In this document: positions 15,001 through 24,600 of the stretch, one piece after another | How the letters are laid out: every line of letters begins with the position of its first letter | How positions within the stretch are numbered: position 1 is the stretch's first letter | Assembly: GCA_026936335.1 (NCBI GenBank) | Contig: JAPMXV010000051.1 | Location: forward strand, 248,001 to 312,000 | DNA length: 64,000 bases | Origin: Mantamonas sphyraenae STR306 | Taxonomy: Eukaryota > Protista > CRuMs | Reading direction: 5' to 3' | Made by a program: the position numbers and the translations under genes | Notes under the pieces: model-generated | What the model was told of the DNA's origin: nothing | The model's input: only the letters and a program-made list of their open reading frames with translations | The model's database searches: none

Positions 15001-18000
15001 GCATTTCATCCACGGGTCTGCAGGCTGCCAACGTGGCTGTGCGTGTCAGCGGCGGTCTCGCCGACTCACTGAGCGTTGTGACAAACACAGCCGCCACACC
15101 ACAAGAATCCGTGGCAAAGCTCGTGTTGCCTGCCATCGTCGTGCGTGTGTTGGATGCGTCTGGCGAGCCCGTGGTCGGGGCAGACACGGCCAACTACACC
15201 GTGCGCCTGGTCCCGGGGGCGTCCAACGTGTCGGCGTTGTCCGTGACAGGCCTGTTGTCTGTGACACTTGCCCCCGGTGCATCTGAAGCCACGTTTGACA
15301 ACATCACACTGGCATTTCCAGCAAGGACGCAGTACGCGCTGCTCTTTGCTGCCTCTTCGGCGTCGTTGCCTGCCTTGAATGTGGCCAATGCCACAGCGCA
15401 TGTCAATGTGGTGTCCGGCCCTGCGTACAAACTGGGCATGGATGTGGGCAACAGCACGGCCCTCACCCTTCGCACACGCACACATGTCGCTCTGCCTCTG
15501 TTGCGAGTCCAACTCCTGGACGCGTCCGGCGGACTGGCCATCCGAGGCAACGTGGCCGTCGGAGTGTCTGTATCCGACTTGGCGCTGCAGGGCACCGTGA
15601 CTTCCCCTGCCACAGCCACAGCCAGCAACCACTCGGTGGCTTCGTTTGCCAATCTCTCGCTTTCGTCTCCACCCAACGGAACCTACACCCTCACCTTCTT
15701 TGCTTCGGGTCTTCTCAACGCCACCCTTGAGTTGACGGTGCAAGTGGGTCCCGCTGTGCGTTTGTACGTTCTCGAGGGCGCTTCGCTGGGCACTATTGGC
15801 GCTGCAGCGCGTGTGCGCTTGCCCAACATCACTGTCGGTGGACGTGATGCTGTTGGCAACGCTGTGCCCTCTGTGCTTTTCGCGGGCACGCGCGTCCGCA
15901 TGGCCTTGCTCCAGGGCGATGCTGTGTTGGATGGTGTCACTCTGAGCCAGGCCTCGTCCTCGTCACTGTTGTTTAGCGCTGCAGATTTGCTCAAGCCTCG
16001 CGTGGGCGCCTATGTGCTGCGCCTGTCTGACGAGGATGACTCTACCAACGTACAGGCCGCAAATGTGTCCTTGTCAATTACAGTGGGTGCTGCTGTGGGG
16101 CTGCGTGTGAACGCAACGTCTGCTCTGCTCACGGTCCCCTCATTGCCGCAGTCTGCTCTTCCGTCTGTACACGTGCAGTTCGAAGACGGTGCGGGCAATC
16201 TTTTGGGCGGTGCAGACAACGGGACGGCGAGGTCGGTGCATGCGGCATGGGCTCCGTCGCCGCATCTGCTTGCAGGTACACGCACAGTGGTTTCCAGCAA
16301 CGGGCAGGCCACGTTTGACGCGCTGCAGCTTCTTTCTCCCCCTTCTGGCAACTACACGCTGCAATTGAACACGTCGGGCCTGGTAAACGCAACCATCGGT
16401 GTCCAAGTAACGGTGGGGCCCGCACGCGCTTTGGAAATCACACAAGGTGCGACGAGCCAACGTGCTACTGGGTCGACAATCGTTTTGGATCCAATGACAG
16501 TACGTACACGGGACGCAGGCGGATCGCTTACGTCCCTACTTGACACGGTGAACCAGGTGACCGTCAGCACAAACGACACAAGCTTGAACCTGGCGGGAAC
16601 GTTGACGGCCACGATCTCACAAGGCACGGCCACGCTGGATTTTGTGTTGGCCAGGTTCCCCATACCCAAACCGTACGCTCTGACCCTCAAGGTTGGCGAC
16701 GGCAGTGTTGTTAGCAGTGCCACAGCAACAGTTGTGATCGTAACCGGAGAGCCGCATGCGCTGACCATCAACAGCGACCCCAACGTGGGTGTGCAGTACC
16801 CTTCTGCTTCACAGGTGACGCTGGCACCAGTGTCGTTGGGTGCTGTCGATGTGGTCAACGCGGCCACTGGGCAATCCGAGGCGATTGCGCGCCAGATCTT
16901 TGTCAGCAGTAGCAATGCCTCCCTGTCTCTGGGTGGCACTCTTCAGTACCAGATGGAAAAAGGAAACGTCACTGTGAATGACGTGCGTCTAATTGCCCCG
17001 CGGGCTGGCGTGTACGAATTGCAGCTGTCTTCAGGAGGCTTGGAGTCTGTGTTTCTCACCGTCACGGTGGTGGTGGGTGCACCTGTGCGTGTGGAGCGTA
17101 CCAGTGCTTCTCGAGTCGATCTTCGCACTACCCAGACGCTGAAGCTGCCTCCTGTTGTGTTTACCGGCCTGGATGCAGGCGGCCTGCAACCCGGTGCGCT
17201 GGACACGCAAACGCGCGCCATTGCGGTGGCCATAGACGGCGGTGCTGTGCTTTCGGGTCACACCGGGTTGAATATGGTTAACGGGGCTGCAAATGTGTCA
17301 TCACTCGTGCTGACTGCACCTACTCCGCGCGTGTACACGCTTACGCTGACGGCGGCCGGCCTACAGGGCGCCGTCTCTGTGGACGTGGTCATCAGTGTGG
17401 GATTTGCGGTGCGTGTGACCACATCCACCACTGTGCAGGTGCCACCGCTGGTCAACACACTGCCGAGTCTCGCGCTCTCGGCACTGCCCTCGTTTGTCGT
17501 CGTGGCTCGCGATGCCGCGGGCTCCTTTGTCGGCGTCGACGACACGCAACCGCGTGTGGTCAACGCAAGCAGTGCCACGCTGATGGTCTCCTCCAACGGA
17601 AGTACCGCCCTGATGCAGAATGGCCAGGTACAGTTGCCGCATGTGCAGTTTGTGCGGCCAACACAAGGTCTGCACAATGTCACACTGCATGTACAGGACT
17701 GGAGAGCCTTGTGTTGACAGTAGACGTTCAGCAAGGCCCGCCAGTGGCCATTGTGCCCGTTCTGGGAATTGCTTCTGTCAACGGCACGGGGTACGACAGC
17801 GATGCCATCGTCGTCCTGCGTCCACTGGCCGTGCATGCCATAGACGCAGGCGGAGGGTTGACCACTCTCCTGCCCGCAGGTGTCCCCTCAGGCTGGCAAG
17901 TGCGTGTCTCTGTAAAGTCAGGACCAGCTGCTGTGTTGCAGAGTGCAACAACCACACAGCCGCTCGTCTCCGGGCGCGCCAACCTGAGCGCTGTGACCAT

Positions 18001-21000
18001 GCAGTCGCCGCAAGCGGGAATCTATGTGTTGGACGTGGCTGCAGATTCGGTTGCAGGCTTCCAGATGACTGTGTACATGCGTGTGGGACCTGCTCGTCGC
18101 CTTGTGGTGACGCTGAACAACGTACAGACGTCGCTTCCGATCCAGCGTCGAGTCCATTGTCGGTTCCGTGCGCGTGCAAGCTGTGGATGGAGCCGGACAG
18201 GCAGTGGGCAGCAGCGACGCCATGGCACGCACCTACGCCCTCTCGTTGAACGGGCCCAGCCAGCAGCTGACGTCGCTTGTGCGCAGCCACAGTGCCACTG
18301 GAGTGACGAGTGGCGAGGTACTGTTTGATGACGTGCGCCTCCTGCGTCCTCGTGTGGGTTCTGTGTCTCTGGAAGCCACCGCATCGGGGCTGGCGCAAGG
18401 CGGCGTGGCTGTGGTGAATGTCGTTGAAGGGCTGCCACACGCGTTGCGCCTGAACAGCACGCGCCAAACACTGTCTGTGACAGGCGAAAGCGTTGTCCTG
18501 CAGTCTGTAGAGGTGTTGAGTGTCGATGGCGGTGGAAATGTGCTCTCGGTGGCCCAGGACGCTGCTGTCGTTTCACTCTCCGTGTCCGTGCTCACATCGC
18601 CTGGTTCCATTGTGCTTGGATCCGATGGCAATGTGGACGTGGCCGCCACGGCCAACGGAACCCTCCAAATGCGTCTGGAGACGCCAACCCTGCCCATGAG
18701 GGCACGCGCAGTTCTTTATCGCGGCTACGTCACCATGTATCGCCCACAACGCGGCCTTCATCGACTTCAGGTGTCCAGTGGCAATTCTGGACGCCAACCT
18801 GCGGTGCTAGAGGTGGATATTGTTGACGGCGGCGCTCCCGACCTGCTGGGAGCTGTTGGGGGCTCAGGCGCAACCGTCATCCAACCCTGGCCACAACTTA
18901 ACGACGTCCAGTACACCGGTCTGCCTGCCACCAATGTGCTCCTGCCTGTCGTCAATGTGGCTGTGCAGGATGCAGGCGCCGGAGCGGTAGCTTTGGCCGT
19001 GGCTCGCAACGTATCTCTCGTGGATGGCGTGTTGGAATCGTCGTCGTCGTCGTCGTCGTCGTCATCATCGTCATCATCTACCCCACTGTCCACCACAGTC
19101 ATTGTGCCTCGTGTGTTGGACGACGTGCTTGTGTCAGGCAGCAAGGTGCGTGCGGTGGACACACTCACAGGCCGTGCTCGCTTTGATGACCTTCGCCTGC
19201 GTGCCGTCGTTGGCGTGTACAGGCTGTCGTTTGCGTCGCCCGGTCTCCGCACACTGCAATTGGCCTTCCGCGTGCTGCCCGGCCCAGTGGCTGGTCTGGC
19301 CGTGGATAGAGCGGTGAGCACCAGCAGCAACAACACGGGAGCCTTTGCCGTGCAACCTGTGATCCGTGTGACCGACTCTGCGGGCAACCGTGCACCCGTT
19401 GCCCAAGCCCCCGTCGTGGTCACCATTGGCTTTGATCCGGCCGACGAGGCCCTGGATGCGTCGGTCACCGCGGTGCAGGGATTGGCCGTCTTCCGCTCCC
19501 TGCGTCTGGCAGGCCGGTTTGGACAGACGTACGACATGATTGTGGACGGTGTGGAGGGTACGCGTGTGCTTCCCACCTTGCGTGTGTCTGCTGCTACGCG
19601 TGTGCTCACCTGCGATGAGATCAAGTCCAACACCGTAGCCTCCGTGGCAGGCACCACCTGCATCTGTCGAAGCGGCACCTTTGAGCGCGCCTCCGACCAG
19701 CGCTGCCTGCCCTGTCCGCCCGACACATACCAAGACCAGCCCGGCCAGCTCACCTGCTCCAAGTGTCCCACCAACCGAGTACTGGACCAGGTCGGCGCCA
19801 CCTCTGTCCAGCAATGCCAGTGCGAAGAGGGCTGGTACGAACCCAGCCCCGGTGCCGCCTGCCTCACCTGTGTAGCCGGCGGCCGATGCCAACAGGGACA
19901 GCCTCCCCAGCCCCTGCCCAACTTTTTCTCCTTCCGTAGCGGAGCACTCGACTACTACGCCTGTCCCTTTCCGGATGCTTGCATGGGTGGTGTGAACGGC
20001 ACGTGTTCCACAGGCTACACAGGTCCCCTGTGCGCCGTGTGCTCTCCTGGCTATGGCCGCTTGGGCCAGCGTTGCGCCGAGTGTGGTGACATTGTTGTGA
20101 ATTGGGTGCTTGTGGGTGTGTCTGTGGCCCTGGTCCTGCTGCTCGTGGCTTCCCTTGCCGTGCGATCCATCTCCTCGGGCACGTCGACCCTGTCCATTCT
20201 CAAGAAGCTGGCTCTCAACTACCTGCAAGTGGTGTCCTTCATCGGTGCCTTCCGCATGCGCTGGCCTGCCACAATTAGTTCTTTCCTGCAGTTTGTTGGC
20301 GTGGCCACTCTGGAGCCCATGCAGCTTCCTTTCGACTGCACCACGGGCCTCAACGTCTTTCAGTCCTTTGTACTGTTCATGCTCGTGCCCATTGTGGGCA
20401 TACTGTTCTCGATTGCCCTCTACGGGGTCGTCCGATTGCTTTTCAACGCCGGACGCGTCACCCAAGAGACTCTCCACAACTGGAGCACGCACTCCTTCCG
20501 CTTGGCCGTGGTCATTGTCTTTGTGAGCTTCCCCATCATCAGCAAGGCCATTCTCAGCATGTTTGCGTGTCGAACCTTTGGCGACCACGCCGAGCTCCTG
20601 ATCCAGGATCTGCGCATTTCCTGTACTGATCCGGAGTACATCGCCTACCGCTGGGCGGCTGTGGCTGCAGCTGTGGTCTATCTGGGTGGTACGCCACTGC
20701 TGATGGCGCTGCTGCTCAAGCGGGCTCGTGACGACGCTGTTTGGGCACAAAGGGTGGCTTTCATTGTCGACGGCTACGTGGCCAAGCGATTCTACTGGGA
20801 GTTTGTCATTCTCCTGCGCAAGCTGGCGATTGTGTGCATTGTCATCCTGGAGCAGTCGCCAATGCTGCAACTGTACTACGGCATGTGGGTGGTCCTCACA
20901 TCGCTGATCTCGCACATGTACGGCCGCCCTTACAGCAAGCTGTTGCATCAGCACATCGAAAGCTTTACACTTCTGGCCATGGCCATCACCCTGTTGTCGG

Positions 21001-21341
21001 GCATGCTCTTTGTCTCTGGCGAGCTGGGTGGAAGCGACGCCGAGGAGCTCGCGCTCATTCTGTTTGTACTGCTCGTCAACACGCTGGTCATCGTCCTGTT
21101 TATTGCCGTTGCCGTTGCACTCATGTACGGCAGTGCCCCCACGAAAGAGCTGCTGGAACGCGAGCAACGTCACAAGGGATTGCGCACGGAGCAGCGCATG
21201 GAAGAGTACGAACGCAAGCGAAAGTCACTCGTGCAACGCGGAGGCCTCCATTTCGACCCGGCAGGAGTCGGTGAAAGTGAAGAGGAGGGCAAAGGCACAA
21301 TCGGAGTTTCCACGCTTCCGCAATCCTTCCGAACCAGCTGA
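1..21341 (+). CDS. Giant (>7,000 aa) multidomain cell-surface protein, 5'-partial, in 8 frameshifted ORF pieces: beta-propeller repeats, Cys-rich (TNFR/GCC2_GCC3-like), several LamG/ConA-like domains, filamin-type Ig repeats, 2 IPT/TIG, invasin-like Ig repeats, Cys-rich, C-terminal multi-pass (~7 TM) domain
   Basis: Consecutive overlapping + ORFs 20..2875, 2869..6552, 6021..7034, 7025..13048, 12973..14049, 13524..17717, 17711..18328 and 18168..21341 carry one continuous repeat-rich protein style. Motifs include CxxCPAG/CLPCPPDTYQ Cys repeats, 'LYVDG/IYVDG...YTLWSSELT' LamG-like motifs, recurrent 'RDxFxN' filamin-like repeats, 'VTSVSPAIGSKGGGTALTVYGVNF' IPT/TIG and hydrophobic TM segments after ~20090. 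The frame is open from base 2. Confidence 0.85.
19038..19079 (+). repeat. (TCG/TCA)n microsatellite encoding poly-Ser
   Basis: tcgtcgtcg...tcatcatct read directly; in frame in ORF 18168..21341. Confidence 0.9.
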
Positions 21342-21465
21342 TCAGCCCTTCCTCGGACGCAACACAGAGAGATGTGGATATGTTGAGATGATAGACGAAT
21401 CAATGAATGGAAAGTGTGCGTCCATTTGACCGAATTGGCGGTCTGGTCCCGCTCAGAGTGTTGTA

Positions 21466-21619
21466 CAGGCTGTTCGAGTCAAATTGAGTCAGCTCGTGCA
21501 AAGGGTTTGGTCTCGGTGCTGGAAAAGGAAAACTTACATCATTACAACCCTGTGCTAGGTGGTATGCACCCAATGTTTGGTTGGTTGGTTGGTTGGTTGA
21601 CGGTTCTGGTGCCCCGTCC
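21466..21619 (-). ncRNA. Candidate Fanzor omegaRNA scaffold (may also overlap the 3' end of the ORF)
   Basis: Lies directly 3' of the Fanzor stop and runs to the putative element end. Minus-strand stems: GACGG/CCGTC (21614-21618/21599-21603), GGGTG/CACCT (21567-21571/21557-21561), GCACAGGGTT/AACCCTTTGC (21546-21555/21498-21507), GCTG/CAGC (21490-21493/21469-21472). Assignment is by analogy with TnpB/Fanzor loci. Confidence 0.5.
21557..21586 (-). repeat. ~30-nt imperfect direct repeat, copy 1 (just downstream of the Fanzor stop)
   Basis: Minus strand AACCAAC-CAAACATTGGGTGCATACCACCT aligns with 27789-27818 at 26/31 columns (manual alignment). Confidence 0.55.
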
Positions 21620-24600
21620 TCAGCCTGCGCTCGAATTCGCCTCCAAGTTCTTTGCTTCGCCGTCCACGTTCTCTGGCAGACCAATCTTGCTTCTGAACGC
21701 CCTGCCGATCTGACTCCGTTGCCAAACCTTGGTCATGCACCATATGGTGTGGCCGCGAAGGGCAGCGTAAACCTTGTTTGCGATTGCTTGTGCGCTGGCA
21801 AAGTCCCGGTTCCGGTGCATTTTGCATCGCTTACAGTACTTGACACGCGCAGTGCGGGCATTGCCGTGCTTGCTCTCATGCACACTGCCACATGTGGGGC
21901 ATCGCAGAGTCGTGTTGCACTCGTTAACGCGCACAACAATCATGTTGTGCTTGGCAAGATCTTCGAGTTTCTTCACACCACCACGGCCACCCTTGAATCC
22001 GTCACCGATGCACAGCAGCGTGATGCGTCGCAGTTGCCCCTTCTCCAACTGCATCTTCTCGGTCGCACGCACCTGCGCAAGCCAGTGCTCGCGCATCTTT
22101 CGCATCCTGCTCTTCTGTTCCCGTGGATGATGCGTCTTTCTGTCTCCACTTTGGCTGTCCTCCTCCTGACTGACAGCTGATGAAGCTTCTTCAACCGTCA
22201 AGGCCGCCCTGCACTGATGGCGCAGCGTGCGTCCCACCCTCGCCTCCGAATGCCGATCGGCAAACAGCCCTGCCCTTCTCACGCGCAGCTCCTGCATCCG
22301 TTCACGCACCCTACTTGAGAGCAGAGCACTGTCTTTCTTGATCCCAGTCTTGCGTAGCAATGCGCCGAGCGACGGTGGCGAAAAGCGGTACGCGGTTGCA
22401 AATTGCAGCAAGTTGCCATCCCGAACGGTCTCTGAAAGGGGGACAACAAGAGCTGACGGCGCGTTCGCCATACCCGGATCCATTCCAATGAATTGCAGTC
22501 GCATATTGGCCTCTTGGCTCAGAGGGAGGATCCGCGAAAAGGAGCCGATCACTCCGTGCGGCCGCCTGGATTCCAGGTGCCTTGGGCACAATCCCACGGC
22601 AATGAGCTTTTCAGCAGAGCGCGGAAGCCATTTACGGAGCAATGCGTGCACAGCCTTAGTTTGGGTCCGTGCTCCGTCGTCAGCCGCCAGCTCACCACCA
22701 CCATTTCCGTCCCCCCGCTTCCGCAGACTCTCGTGCGAGGCCACCAGCACACCCACCTGGCACAATCTGATGGCTACGGCTGCGATACGGTCGATCAGCC
22801 GTCTCGTGTTGCGCTGCTCCTGGGTGTGGGCACCGGGGTCTCTTCCGCGAGTCGCACGGAGCGCCGCCTTGCCAACCGCAGAGTAGTTGTATCGCGCAAT
22901 CGGATGGGTCACAAAAGGCGCAGAAAGAGCAGACCTGGGCTGTGGCGCATCTTCCAGCAGTGAGAAGTCACCTTGAAGAAACTTGAGGACGTCAGCGTCC
23001 TCGATGTCCTTCGTGTCGTCACAGGACGTCGCCGTGGGATTCCGGAGCAAGTTGATGCACGCTTTCAGGGTTGGAAACAGGGATAGGCGCTCGTCGGGAA
23101 CGAGAAGGTGCTCCAGCATGTACAAGCGCCGCTGTTGGGGGCCAGCAGGGATTGTCCAATGCCGCGCATGTGCCATGTGCACGCTGCTGAACAAGCGTAC
23201 GGACAGAAAGCCATCGTTGAGGAAGGGTGTCTTTGCCAAGCGGGGCGCATGTGTGGGTGAGAGGACGTCAAACAGGTTAAACGCCGCGAACAAGAGCGCA
23301 CCAGCAAACGCACCCAGCTCGTCATCCGGAATACGCGCGCCTTCAGCGTACGTGATCATGCGCGCTGTTTGGTTTGCACATGTCTGTGCACACATGCGCA
23401 TACCCTCAACCGATGTCGAGGAAAAAAGAGGCCTGCGGGCGCATCCGTCTCCGCCACCACCGTCGCCGCCACCACCGCCACCACCGCTGCTACTGCTGCT
23501 TTGAACCAGGTCTTCCTCGTGATTCATCATGTGCCAAGCCAGCGAGGCACGCATGGAATGAACATGAGCCTCATTGCGAGCTACCTGGACTTGCCGCACC
23601 CATCGATGCACAACACATTGGCAAGTCTTGGCGCGGTGCCGACAAACCTCCGACGGAGGACCATCCAAAACCCCAGGGGTGGATGTTGATGCAGCACAGA
23701 GGATAGACCATGCAAGCTTGCTGTCCATCTCGTCCTCCCATACCTCGCAAATCAGCGAGAGATTCCGGGCGATGGTTTGAGCGGCCCACCTCCCGAAGAT
23801 GTGTTCTCGTTCGGCGGCCAGCTGGATGTGGAAAGAGCTTTTGTCCCCGTAGAGTTTGCGTGTCGAGTTGCAGGCCTTACCGAGCTTGAAAAAGCACTGG
23901 AGGGCGGCGACCTTGCGTTTTGTGTCCTCGCCCTGGAGCGAGCGGAACTCCTTGAATGAGACGTTGCACACCTGCAGCAGCACATCCTCAACAGCCCGTT
24001 TGCATGCCCGGCGCGTCTTCGCGTCTGTGGCGCCGCCGTAGCCATCTGCGCTGTCGTTGGTGTCCAGTTCGCGATTCACAAACGCGGCAAGGTCTGTGTG
24101 TGCCAGTTCCGGGGAAGCGGCTCGAACCAGGTCAATCAGGTTCGTGTTGGCCTGTGAGGTAAGCATTACCCTCCAGCTTGTCACCACATGAGCGGCAGCT
24201 CGCTGGCACAAGGTCGAAAACATGCCCTTCGGGAGGATGTCCAACCGCATCGCCTCCCTCCCCACCGTATCCTCCAATCCATCTAGATACTCAGCCTCAA
24301 TGCCTCCGTCTTGCTTCTTTCGCAGTATGAGATCTGTGTTGGCGGCAATCAGACCGTTTTGTGTGCAATGTGCTGCGCAAACCACGCCCACGCCCTCTGG
24401 TGCCTTCAGGTACAGGCGCCCTTCTTCGCAGACGCAACTGTTTGCCAACAGACGTTCCACCTCTGTGTCTGGTTCAATCTGGCCGCACTCAAGCAAGTCT
24501 TGCTGAATTGCAACGAGATACCCGAACACTGCCTGGACCCGTCGCAGCTGTTCGACGTCATCCTCAGTGACGAGGGCTTGGTTGCGGAGAGTGGACAGAG

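Noticed and set aside
2855-18170. Programmed ribosomal frameshifting or introns explaining the giant-gene breaks
   Set aside because: There is no shared slippery heptamer or stop-associated motif and no intron-sized gaps; the same single-base loss occurs in SDHAF2, favouring sequencing error.
21577-21598. (TGGT)n tract as a telomeric repeat
   Set aside because: Only ~5 copies, internal; better read as a simple repeat or linker in the element's 3' region.
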